Shown: piece by piece, positions 17,734-26,512 of the stretch
Position numbering within the stretch: position 1 is the first letter of the stretch
Layout of the letters: each line of letters starts with the position of its first letter
NCBI GenBank assembly: GCA_038878295.1
Contig: JAVZVY010000008.1
Location: forward strand, 1-29,454
DNA length: 29,454 bases
From: Candidatus Micrarchaeaceae archaeon
GTDB taxonomy: Archaea > Micrarchaeota > Micrarchaeia > Micrarchaeales > CABMGC01
Direction of reading: 5' to 3'
The notes under the pieces: generated by a model
The model's input: only the letters and a program-made list of their open reading frames with translations
What the model was told of the DNA's origin: nothing
Databases searched by the model: none
Made by a program: the position numbers and the translations under genes

Positions 17734-20355
17734 TCATCCTACAGAACCAGTTGTGTCGAGCTCTATGAGGCGCTTGAGCTCTATAGAGTATTCAAGAGGA
17801 AGCTCCTTTGCAAGAGGCTCTATGAAACCCATAACTATGCTAGATATGGCGTCTTCCTCGCTTATGCCCCTGCTCATCAGATAGAAGAGTTGCTCCTCGC
17901 CTATCTTGCCGACTGTGGCCTCGTGCGATATGAATGCATCATCTCTATGGTTTTCCTCATCGGGGAACGTGTTAGTCTTAGATTCATCGTGTATCAGAAG
18001 CGCATCGCATCTCACAGCGGATTTCACGTTTTCGGCTTCGCTGCCAACGTAAACAAGGCCCCTATAGGTAGTGAGGCCGTTGTATGCTGAAACGCTCTTC
18101 GATATTATTTCTGAGGATGTTTCAGGAGCTAGATGGTACACTTTGCCGCCGGAATCCTGGACTTGGTCTTTGCCGGCAACAGCTACAGAGTATATCCTCC
18201 CAGAAGCACCGCGACCCTTTAGGAATACGCTCGGATACTTCATGTTTGCCTTGCTCCCTATATTAAAATCGAGCCACTCCACGCTTGCGTTTTCGTGCGC
18301 GTGCGCCCTCTGCGTGACAAGATTGTATACGTTTTTGGACCAGTTCTGCACTGTAACGTAGCGTATGTGAGCATCCTTGTGCGCGATAAGCTCCACCACT
18401 GCGGCATGCAGCGATGAGCTTATATATATGGGCGCTGTGCAATTGTGTACCGCTACCCCTTCCGCAACATAGCTTTCGTCTTCCTCTACGCTAAAGTTAT
18501 ATACATCAACATTGCTCGCCGCTTCAGAAGAAATCCCAGTTATAGGCACAAATGCATAATTGCCATATATCTTCACGTGCGATGATTGTGTCTGCGCCTG
18601 CTTTATCGAAACTAATGATATTGTACCGCCACGGTTTGAAGTTTTTATGGTTGTGTCTAATACGCCCATGAGATTAGCGAGCCATAGAAGGTTTTCACCG
18701 CCTACATATATATAGTACATGACGTGTCTCTTATCAGATCTGTTCTGTTTATTTATGCTTGCAAATATGTTAAACCTCAGTAGCAGCTCGCGCATTTGTT
18801 CTGCAAGTTGAATTGATATTGTATTTATCCTGAACATTTTTTTAATTCCATAATTATATTTTTTATTCATGTAGTTGTTGTCTCCACGCCACATGCCCTT
18901 TATCAATTCTTTTTGTTTTTCTAGAGATTCGTGCATGACCCAATTTGGAAGGTGTTTGTTCGCTGCGCCATTACCGAACTCGGTACTAAAGAACTCCGCA
19001 GCCATAGTGTCGCATAGTACTATGCTTATTCTGTTTTTGTATTCCGCCTGCACGGTGGGTTCTTTGCCGAAGTACTTTTTTAACAGCAAAACAGTATCGC
19101 CAATATATTCTGTCTCGTTTTTATTGAATGTGAAAGACAAGTAGTTTTCATTGCTCTTGCTAGTAGTACTGCCCTCAGATAGGTAGTAACCGATTAATCT
19201 GAAGAACTCTTTATCAGTTGCAATGCTAATTCTAACAGGCGGGTTGCGCCATCCAGCGCTAGTAGTTATATAGAACTCGCGCCTTTCCTTGCTTTCTATA
19301 TTTCTATCTATAGGTATGGCTAAGTAGTCTCCTTTCTCAAGTTCGTCAGCTCTGGCCCATTTTACATCCCATTTCGTATTTCTATGCCCCTTTCTCTCTC
19401 TTTTTGATATTAGGAACGGATGCTCGCCAGTAACATTCAGTGTTGCTGTGGTGTCGCCCATGTACTTTATATGAAAAACTTTACCATTGTGCTTCCTGAC
19501 CTGCGTGTGGTAAACCATCTTATATTGACCTCTGTGCGTTAGGACATAGTCCCCAGCGTTAACCTCCTCTATGGGTTTTGTCCCAGAAAGTGTATTTATC
19601 TTTGTACCCTTCAGGAAGCACCCTTCTATATAGGTAACGTCGGCGCCCTCATCAGCTATTATGAGAGTGCGTTCGAACTGGCCGGCTTTCTCTGCGTTGA
19701 TTCTGAAATATGCCTGCAGCGGCATGGTGACCTTAACGCCCTTTGGAACGTAAATGAAAGAGCCGCCGCTCCAGACTGCTGTGTTTAGCGCTGCAAACTT
19801 GTTGTCAGACGGAGGTATTACAGTGCCGAAATACTTCTTTACAAGTTCAGGGTACTTCTTCACTGCTGAGTCAGTATCTGTAAATATAATGCCCTTGCTT
19901 TCAAGCTCCTTCCTCACGTGGCTGTATACGACTTCTGAATCGTACTGGGCTTCTGTTCCTGCAAAAAACTTGCGCTCTGCCTCAGGCACTCCGAGCTTGT
20001 CGAACGTTTCCTTTATCTCTGGAGGCACATTGTCCCAGCTGTTGCTGTGCCTGTCTGTAGGCTTCAGATAGTAATATATGTCGTCGAAGTTTATTCCGCT
20101 CAGGTCCGCACCCCATGTCGGCAGGGGCTTTTCCTTGAAGATTTTGTAACCTAGAAGCCTCTTCTCGAGCATCCATTCGGGCTCGTTCTTTATCTTCGAT
20201 ATTTCCCTGACGATGTCTTCTGAAATGCCCTTCGGCGTTTTGTAGCTGTACTCTAGCTCGTTTCTGAATCCGTAGCGCTCTGCATAGTCCTTTTCCTTCG
20301 AAATTATATCTTCCCTGTTGTCTGGCATGCGTTTCACTGCAAACATTGTAGTCAA
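17734..20355 (-). CDS. sufB: Fe-S cluster assembly protein SufB, interrupted by an intein
   Basis: EPEWM, AQYDSEVVY, DNKFAALN.AVWSGGSF.YVPKG, GQFERTLII, YIEG/CTAP, LHAAVVE, QNWS, MKYP, CDALL, HEATVG and LFYLMSRG. The real start may be ATG 20346 or 20328. Confidence 0.96.
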   Translation of the reverse strand: MTTMFAVKRMPDNREDIISKEKDYAERYGFRNELEYSYKTPKGISEDIVREISKIKNEPEWMLEKRLLGYKIFKEKPLPTWGADLSGINFDDIYYYLKPTDRHSNSWDNVPPEIKETFDKLGVPEAERKFFAGTEAQYDSEVVYSHVRKELESKGIIFTDTDSAVKKYPELVKKYFGTVIPPSDNKFAALNTAVWSGGSFIYVPKGVKVTMPLQAYFRINAEKAGQFERTLIIADEGADVTYIEGCFLKGTKINTLSGTKPIEEVNAGDYVLTHRGQYKMVYHTQVRKHNGKVFHIKYMGDTTATLNVTGEHPFLISKRERKGHRNTKWDVKWARADELEKGDYLAIPIDRNIESKERREFYITTSAGWRNPPVRISIATDKEFFRLIGYYLSEGSTTSKSNENYLSFTFNKNETEYIGDTVLLLKKYFGKEPTVQAEYKNRISIVLCDTMAAEFFSTEFGNGAANKHLPNWVMHESLEKQKELIKGMWRGDNNYMNKKYNYGIKKMFRINTISIQLAEQMRELLLRFNIFASINKQNRSDKRHVMYYIYVGGENLLWLANLMGVLDTTIKTSNRGGTISLVSIKQAQTQSSHVKIYGNYAFVPITGISSEAASNVDVYNFSVEEDESYVAEGVAVHNCTAPIYISSSLHAAVVELIAHKDAHIRYVTVQNWSKNVYNLVTQRAHAHENASVEWLDFNIGSKANMKYPSVFLKGRGASGRIYSVAVAGKDQVQDSGGKVYHLAPETSSEIISKSVSAYNGLTTYRGLVYVGSEAENVKSAVRCDALLIHDESKTNTFPDEENHRDDAFISHEATVGKIGEEQLFYLMSRGISEEDAISSIVMGFIEPLAKELPLEYSIELKRLIELDTTGSVG
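18442..19620 (-). mobile_element. 393-aa intein with LAGLIDADG homing endonuclease domain in sufB
   Basis: Block A CFLKGT, block B TGEHPF, LAGLIDADG-like LIGYYLSEGS and LIKGMWRGDN, block F VYNFSVEEDESY, block G VHN/C. Removal restores YIEG-CTAP. The DNA looks AT-richer than the exteins. Confidence 0.96.
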
Positions 20356-20372
20356 GTATCTAGTGATTGCGA

Positions 20373-20390
20373 CCTATTTTAAACCTTGCG
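20373..20390 (-). promoter_or_regulatory. Putative TATA box of the suf operon
   Basis: Minus strand CAAGGTTTAAAATAG, about 30 nt upstream of ATG 20346. Confidence 0.5.
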
Positions 20391-20435
20391 CAACAAAAGT
20401 TGGCTGTTCTTACAAAAATGCATTTTCAGAATAAG

Positions 20436-20996
20436 TCAGAATTCGACCTTCCTTACGTTTACGCTTTTGATTGGCGCTATGCGCTTTATCTGGCTTGCGC
20501 TCTCGCCTTGGAATTTCTCTTCTATTACGGACTTGATGAAATCATCATAGCTTGATGCAGCAACATAGTTCCTCACAAAGCTGGAAAGCATTTTCCTGAT
20601 CGCGGTTTTCTTGGTTGTGGCAACCCTGTCTCTGGTAACGGCGATGAGCTTCACAACGAACTCCTTGCCGTTTTTGTCTTTCACCTTGTCGACTGTGTGT
20701 ATAACAGAGCTGTACCTCCTTGCCAGCGAATGCGTGTAGCTGTAGCTCTGCTCTAGCCTCGTTAGCTCTGTCTGCGCTGAGTCGCCCTCGGCGCCAATTA
20801 TGCGCAGCGTTGCGCTCATGAACGAGTGCTCTGGCTTCTTGGTGAGCCACGACAGGTTTATCTCGAGGTTGCGGCCAACGATGCTCTTGTCGCTGTCAGC
20901 TGGTATTTCAGCTATTACCTCCTCGCCAAGAACCTTAGGCTCGTAAACGTTGAACCATTTCTTGAGCTTCCACGTGTCTGTTTTTCTCGCTTCCAT
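20436..20996 (-). CDS. rps3ae: 30S ribosomal protein S3Ae (eS1)
   Basis: D.WK.KKWF.VY.P, GR.LE..L..LT, SLARR.SS.I and KRIAPI..V.VRK.E motifs. Adjacent to rps15. Confidence 0.9.
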   Translation of the reverse strand: MEARKTDTWKLKKWFNVYEPKVLGEEVIAEIPADSDKSIVGRNLEINLSWLTKKPEHSFMSATLRIIGAEGDSAQTELTRLEQSYSYTHSLARRYSSVIHTVDKVKDKNGKEFVVKLIAVTRDRVATTKKTAIRKMLSSFVRNYVAASSYDDFIKSVIEEKFQGESASQIKRIAPIKSVNVRKVEF

Positions 20997-21000
20997 CCAA

Positions 21001-21468
21001 TCATATGCCCTTTACAAGAAGCGCAGCCTTCTCGTGGTCGTATTTCCACGATTCTGGCAGCACGCCAGTTCTTTTGTAATACTTTACAAGGCGCCATATC
21101 TTTGACTCTATCCTGCCAAGCCTTATCCTGTTGTATGTGTCCTTGTGGTTCGATGCAAGGTGGTTCCTTATCACAACTGCCTTTTTCATTAGGTAAAGCA
21201 GGTCCTGCGGCAGCTCGCGGCTGGCGCCTTCCTCAGCGAGCACTTCTGTAAGTTTTTTGCCGAAGAGTTGCTTTACATATGGCACTTTGTGCTCGTCCTT
21301 GAGCTTCTGCCCTATGAGCTGCTCCGGCATGTTCTGCTTAGCGTAGTCAAGTATAATCTTTTTCACCTCGTCTTTGCTAAGGGTGAGACCCTCAGGCACA
21401 GAGCCTATCTCCACCACTGGCTTCCTAGACTTTGACTTGCCGTGCTTTCTAGTGTGCATCCTAGCCAT
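21001..21468 (-). CDS. rps15: 30S ribosomal protein S15 (uS15)
   Basis: MARMH.RK.GKS.S..P, IG..LKD, LP.DL..L.KKAV.IR.HL..N.KD and ESKI.RL.KYYK..G.LP..WKY. Confidence 0.97.
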   Translation of the reverse strand: MARMHTRKHGKSKSRKPVVEIGSVPEGLTLSKDEVKKIILDYAKQNMPEQLIGQKLKDEHKVPYVKQLFGKKLTEVLAEEGASRELPQDLLYLMKKAVVIRNHLASNHKDTYNRIRLGRIESKIWRLVKYYKRTGVLPESWKYDHEKAALLVKGI

Positions 21469-21476
21469 TAAACCAA

Positions 21477-23852
21477 CTAATCAAATTCGAGCTTTATGGC
21501 AAGCTCGCCAGCCTTAACAAGCACAAGCTCGTTTACCTTGCAGACTTCCTTAAGCTCTGGCTTGTTTCTTTCTAACAAGGAATAATATTCTTCAGGAACA
21601 TTTATAATCATTTTTGTTATTGGGTAGTTGAGCGCGAGCTTGTTTTTAGTGCGCTCCTTCCTTACAGAAGCTATTATCGCGTTGAGGTATGCGCCGGTAG
21701 CAGCGTATTCCGGATTGATCGCGCTTGCGTCCGCTTTCGGAAATTCTTGCAAATGTATGCTATTTCTTTCCAGCTTAGAGAAGAGCTCATCTGTCGAGAA
21801 GGGTATTATCGGCGCAAGTATCTTCAGCGTGTTCGTTATCACGTATTTGAGCACGTGCTGCACTGCCTTCTTTCTAGCCGAGTCTCCGCCATATATTATG
21901 TGCTTCACCTCTTCTAGGTAGAAGTCGCAGAAATCGTGCCAGTAGAAGTCTATAGACGCATTAGCAACTCCGAAGAAATTGAAGCTTTCGTAAGACTTTG
22001 TTGCGGTTTCTATCAGTACATTCACTCCATTTAGGATCCATTTGTCGAAGTCGTTGAGCTGCGACGCATCGAATGAGCCGTCGTAGCCCTGCAGCGCCTT
22101 CTCTATGAGCGTGAACGAATTGAAGAGCTTCACTATGAAGTTGTGCGCGTATTTTACGTCGTTGAATATGAGCGCCCTGTCCTTGCTTATCTCGCTGCCT
22201 AGGGCCGCCCATAGCCTTATCGCATCTGCTGAATATTTTTCAAGCAGTTCGTCTGGCGAAACAACGTTGCCTATGCTCTTGCTCATCTTTTTGCCGTCGG
22301 GGCCGAGTATGAGCCCATGAACAAGTATCTGCTTGAAAGGTATGCTGCCAGTTAGGGCCCACACTCTGAAGATCGTATAGAATGTCCATGACCTTATGAT
22401 TTCAGTAGCGTGTATCCTGATTGCTTCCGGGAAGACCTTTTCGAATAGCGCCTTGTTGTCGGGCCAGCCGGCTATAACAAGCGGCGTGATAGAAGAATCG
22501 ACCCAGACGTCGCAAGTCATTTTTTCGCCGACAATTTTGCCGCCGCATCTCGGACATTTCTCGATAGGCGGTTTTGCCTTGACCGGATTCACAGGCAGAC
22601 TGTCGGCGCTCGCCGGAACTATGTAGTCGCATTCTTCGCAGTACCAAAAAGGCAGGGGCGTGTCGAAGCGCCTGTTCCTGCTTATGACCCAGTCCCAGTC
22701 TATGTAATCGGCCCAATCAATAAGATACCTCTCCATGAACTTTGGAATCCACTCTATCTTTGAAGCCGTTTCCTTTATCTTCTCCGCAAAGTCCTTGGTT
22801 TTTATGAACCACTGCTTGCTCGAGATTAGCTCAATGCTGTGCTTGCACCTGTCGTGAGTCTTCACAGAATGGAGTATCTCATCCTGCTTTGCTAGAAGGC
22901 CTGCTTCCTTGAGGTCGCTTATTATTGCACTCCTTGCTTCCGCTACCGAGAGGCCCGTATATTTGCCCGCGTTTTTAAGCTTTCCATCCTCGTCAATCGC
23001 GTCTATCTTCTCAAGGCCGTGTCTATGGTACATTACAAGGTCCTGCTTGTCGCCGAATGTGCAAATCATCTCCATTCCAGTGCCGAACGCCGGATCGATT
23101 TCTTCGTCGCCTATGATTGCAACGCTTCTTCCGAAGATTGGCACAACAGCCTTTTTGCCTATATACTTAGAGTTCTTTTCGTCAGTGGGATTCGCGGCGA
23201 GGGCAACGCAAGCGTGCAGCATTTCGGGCCTTGTTGTAGCTATCTGGATTTCTTCGTTCGAGCCCTCTATGGCGAACTTTATGTAATTGAGCTTTGTCTT
23301 TTCCTCGATTTCTTCTATCTCCTCCCGTGCTATGGCGCTTTTGCAGTGGGGGCACCAATATACAGCGTGGGAGCCCTTGTAAACAAGCCCCTTTTCATGC
23401 ATGAGAAGAAGCGAGAGCTGCACCTTTGCCTGGTACTCCTTCGACATTGTTATGTATTCAAGCGAAGTGTCCATGGAAAAGCCGAGCCTAAGCATGTCGT
23501 GCCTCATCTTGGCGAGGTTTTCTGTTGTAAGCTCCTTGCACTTCTCTATGAATTCGTCGTCAGGAAGCTTGCCATACTTCTTCTCAACGCTGATTTCGGT
23601 TGGGAAGCCCATCGTGTCCCATCCCTGCGGATAGAAGACGTTGAAGCCCGACATGCGCTTGTACCTCGCTATTATGTCTATGAAAGTGTAATCCGCGATG
23701 TGCCCCATATGAAGCACGCCGTTTGTATATGGCGGCGGCGTGTCTATTGAAAAAATCGGCTTGCCTGAATTTGCGTCGAACTTGTAAAGCTGCTGCTTCT
23801 GCCACTTCTCCGCTAGCTTTTCCTCAAAAGATTTATCATACATAGCAGTCAT
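21477..23852 (-). CDS. valS: Valine--tRNA ligase (archaeal type)
   Basis: IDTPPP, HMGH (HIGH), ATTRPE, GTG...CTFGD..D, DW.ISR.R, KMSKS and FYWHDFCD.Y.E motifs. Confidence 0.95.
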   Translation of the reverse strand: MTAMYDKSFEEKLAEKWQKQQLYKFDANSGKPIFSIDTPPPYTNGVLHMGHIADYTFIDIIARYKRMSGFNVFYPQGWDTMGFPTEISVEKKYGKLPDDEFIEKCKELTTENLAKMRHDMLRLGFSMDTSLEYITMSKEYQAKVQLSLLLMHEKGLVYKGSHAVYWCPHCKSAIAREEIEEIEEKTKLNYIKFAIEGSNEEIQIATTRPEMLHACVALAANPTDEKNSKYIGKKAVVPIFGRSVAIIGDEEIDPAFGTGMEMICTFGDKQDLVMYHRHGLEKIDAIDEDGKLKNAGKYTGLSVAEARSAIISDLKEAGLLAKQDEILHSVKTHDRCKHSIELISSKQWFIKTKDFAEKIKETASKIEWIPKFMERYLIDWADYIDWDWVISRNRRFDTPLPFWYCEECDYIVPASADSLPVNPVKAKPPIEKCPRCGGKIVGEKMTCDVWVDSSITPLVIAGWPDNKALFEKVFPEAIRIHATEIIRSWTFYTIFRVWALTGSIPFKQILVHGLILGPDGKKMSKSIGNVVSPDELLEKYSADAIRLWAALGSEISKDRALIFNDVKYAHNFIVKLFNSFTLIEKALQGYDGSFDASQLNDFDKWILNGVNVLIETATKSYESFNFFGVANASIDFYWHDFCDFYLEEVKHIIYGGDSARKKAVQHVLKYVITNTLKILAPIIPFSTDELFSKLERNSIHLQEFPKADASAINPEYAATGAYLNAIIASVRKERTKNKLALNYPITKMIINVPEEYYSLLERNKPELKEVCKVNELVLVKAGELAIKLEFD

Positions 23853-23871
23853 CGGTAATATCTACTAAATA

Positions 23872-23890
23872 CAATATATAAAAGGTTTTT
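23872..23890 (-). promoter_or_regulatory. BRE/TATA of the valS-rps15-rps3ae operon
   Basis: Minus strand AAAAACCTTTTATATA, about 25-30 nt upstream of the start. Confidence 0.55.
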
Positions 23891-24002
23891 GAGATAGCCG
23901 CTGTTGCCCAAACATTTTTTGTAGACCGAACCATTACTCAAATAGACTGCTGACTTTTCACTGCTTACAAGTATTAATATTTTTTGATCAGCATATAGTT
24001 GC

Positions 24003-25109
24003 ATGATGCGCATAGCACTCTTGAGGAATTCACCGTTCGGCACGCTCTCAGGGCACGACAGAGCGCTGCTTAGCTTCGTTGACATGCTCAAGGCGGAGAC
24101 TGCTACAGCGGTAGAAGCCTTTTCAATAGGCAAAAATAAAAAGCGGGCAAGTTCTGCTGGCCTAGGATTTTATGAGCACATTGTTAGAGGAGGTTTACTT
24201 GCAAAAAGGCATCTTCTCGCTGAACTTTCAAGGTTCAGGCCAGATGTAATAGTTCTATTTGACAGACAGCTTGCAGGAACGGTTATAAATTATAATAGAT
24301 CTGCAATGCCAAAGGCCAAAGTGGTTGTAATCACTGATTCTCCCGAGGTTGTTTATAATTTTTCTATGAAAATAGATGACTCTGATATGCCTGAAGCAGT
24401 CAAGAAGATTGTAAAGGCAGTTTACATTATGCACGCGCGCAGACTCTACATAAAAACTGTAGAAGCTGCCACTCACGTCATACTGCCTACGGAAGAGGAC
24501 ATGAAGCGCTTGATTAAAGAGATGCCTGAAGCAAAAGACAAGTGCTACGTGCTTCAGGCTGTGCCGACGCCTACTACAAAAAAAGCGCGCACTGTTAGCA
24601 ATGTAAGCAGGGTCCTGTTTGTCGGCAGCTATGACTATCCGCCAAACAAGGAAGCGGTAGGCATCATTGAAAACAGCATAGCCCCAAAGCTTCCCAGAAT
24701 AAAATTCTATATTATAGGGAGAGGCCTGCCCAAAAAGTCGCATGACAATTTCTTTTGCTTGGGGGAACTTAACAATGCTGATTTGGAAGACTGGCTGAAA
24801 AGGGCAGATCTATGCATTGCTCCATTAATGCATGGAACCGGCTTAAAAACAAAGGTACTGGACTACGCAGCATATGGCAAGCCCATAGTGGGCACAAGCA
24901 TCGCCTTCCAGGGTTTCAGAGCAAGGAACGGGTTCAACGCGATTGTTGAAGATAATCCCGAGATGTTTGCCAAGCGCATAGAGGAGCTTAGCAACAACAA
25001 AAAGTTGCTTCGCACATTGCAAAAAAACGTGAGGTTGCTGCTAAACGATTTTTCTCGAGAGAAGGTGCACAGGCGCTTCATGGCGCTATATAAAAGCTTG
25101 AGTCAATAG
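24003..25109 (+). CDS. Glycosyltransferase family 4 (GT-B)
   Basis: LFVGSYDY.PN, F.IIGR, AD..IAPL..GTG.KTKVLDY.A.GKPIV.T motifs. Confidence 0.88.
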   Translation: MMRIALLRNSPFGTLSGHDRALLSFVDMLKAETATAVEAFSIGKNKKRASSAGLGFYEHIVRGGLLAKRHLLAELSRFRPDVIVLFDRQLAGTVINYNRSAMPKAKVVVITDSPEVVYNFSMKIDDSDMPEAVKKIVKAVYIMHARRLYIKTVEAATHVILPTEEDMKRLIKEMPEAKDKCYVLQAVPTPTTKKARTVSNVSRVLFVGSYDYPPNKEAVGIIENSIAPKLPRIKFYIIGRGLPKKSHDNFFCLGELNNADLEDWLKRADLCIAPLMHGTGLKTKVLDYAAYGKPIVGTSIAFQGFRARNGFNAIVEDNPEMFAKRIEELSNNKKLLRTLQKNVRLLLNDFSREKVHRRFMALYKSLSQ

Positions 25110-25136
25110 CGCCGCGGCAACAAAGTGGTGCGGCGC
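25109..25136 (+). terminator. GC-rich hairpin just after the glycosyltransferase stop
   Basis: GCGCCGC (25109-25115) pairs with GCGGCGC (25130-25136), followed by ATTT. Its function as a terminator is not established. Confidence 0.3.
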
Positions 25137-25280
25137 ATTTGGATATGGAACAGTGGCAAGGAAAAGATTCTGAGCCCGGTTGTATTGGCATAATTACTAC
25201 AGGCACGCAAGTTTTGATAAGAGGTCTTACCCATAAAGATGATGATGCAAAATTGGGACGGTCGCTATTCCGAAACGTAC

Positions 25281-25341
25281 CGAAAGATTTAAATATCTGA
25301 TTGTTTCACTATCTATTGCTTATTTTGGAAAGTTTTATAAA
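25281..25341 (+). promoter_or_regulatory. Two tandem BRE-TATA elements upstream of tfb
   Basis: CGAAAGA-TTTAAATA (25281-25295) and GGAAAGT-TTTATAAA (25327-25341) both match the archaeal consensus. Confidence 0.7.
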
Positions 25342-25389
25342 TGTTGTGAATAATTTGCGTCGTATTTACGAAATTTGAGGGTTGAGCAT

Positions 25390-26505
25390 ATGGCAACGAA
25401 AAAAGTAAAAAATAAGGTAAAATCAGGCGCGACTAAAAAAGCGGCCAAGAGCAAGCCTAAGGCCAAGAATGTTGCTGTTTCCAAAAAGACGACCGCGACA
25501 AAGGCTCCTGAGCCGGTTGTTTCGGAAAAACCCGCCGGCGAGGTCGAGATGGCAGTAGAAGAGGAAGCGGGCGCAGCTCACGAAGCGGAAGCTGCTGAAG
25601 GCGTACTCAGATGCCCGAGCTGCGGCAGCACTGACATAATATATGACAGCGAGCGCGGCGAGCGAGTCTGCAACAACTGCGGCCTTGTCATAGAGGAAAA
25701 CGTGACCGACAGCGGCCCTGAATGGCGCGCATTTGACGCTGATCAAAGAAATGCGAGGGCAAGAACGGGCGCGCCTATAAAGTACATGAAGCCAAACAAG
25801 GGGCTCGTTACTGAAATAGACATGTACAACCGCGACATAAGAGGTGCAAAGATACCTTCGAAGAGGCAGGCGCAGCTTTACAGAATGAGAAAGTGGCACA
25901 AGCGTGCAAGCATAGCCAGCTCGAGCGAGAGGAACTACCTTATAGCGCTTCCTGAGCTGAACAGAGTTGCAAGCTACCTTGGCTTGCCCGAGAACATAAG
26001 GGAGAGCGCCGCTCTGCTCTACAGGCAATGCGTTAAGAGCAACCTCATAAGGGGCAGGCCCATAGAAACGGTTGTGAATGCCGCACTTTACGCTACGTGC
26101 AGGAATGCAGAGATGCCAAGAACGCTTGACGAGATATCTCAAGTATCTGGCGTGCCAAAGAAGGAAATAGGCAGGGCCTACAGGGTGATATCGCACGAGC
26201 TCGATCTCAAGATACCTCTTACGGACCCGGCAAGCTATGTGCCTAGGTACGTCGTTTCGCTTAAGCTTAGCGGCGAGGCTCAGGAAAAGGCGATAGAGCT
26301 GCTTAAGCGCGCTTCTAAGAGAGGCCTTGTAAGTGGAAGAAGCCCTACGGGCGTTTCTGCAGCCGCTGTATACATAGCCGCGGCGCTTGCCGGCGAAAGA
26401 CGAACGCAGAAGGAGGTAGCTGACGTCGCTGGCGTCACAGAAGTCACGATAAGGAACAGGTACAGGGAGCTTAAGAAGGAGCTCAACATAGACGTAAACC
26501 TGTAG
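25390..26505 (+). CDS. tfb: Transcription initiation factor IIB with long N-terminal extension
   Basis: Zn ribbon CPSC...CNNC, B-reader GPEWRAF, R.R.GAP, two cyclin repeats (RGR, PRTLDEI, GRSP) and TQKEVA.VAGVTEVTIRNRYREL. ATG 25390 is preceded by GAGG. Confidence 0.97.
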   Translation: MATKKVKNKVKSGATKKAAKSKPKAKNVAVSKKTTATKAPEPVVSEKPAGEVEMAVEEEAGAAHEAEAAEGVLRCPSCGSTDIIYDSERGERVCNNCGLVIEENVTDSGPEWRAFDADQRNARARTGAPIKYMKPNKGLVTEIDMYNRDIRGAKIPSKRQAQLYRMRKWHKRASIASSSERNYLIALPELNRVASYLGLPENIRESAALLYRQCVKSNLIRGRPIETVVNAALYATCRNAEMPRTLDEISQVSGVPKKEIGRAYRVISHELDLKIPLTDPASYVPRYVVSLKLSGEAQEKAIELLKRASKRGLVSGRSPTGVSAAAVYIAAALAGERRTQKEVADVAGVTEVTIRNRYRELKKELNIDVNL

Positions 26506-26512
26506 CGGTTCC

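Noticed and set aside
25239..25300. Possible C/D box sRNA (ATGATGA ... CCGA ... CTGA, 62 nt)
   Set aside because: There is no C' box, the guide spacing is wrong, and the 3' half coincides with a consensus BRE/TATA.
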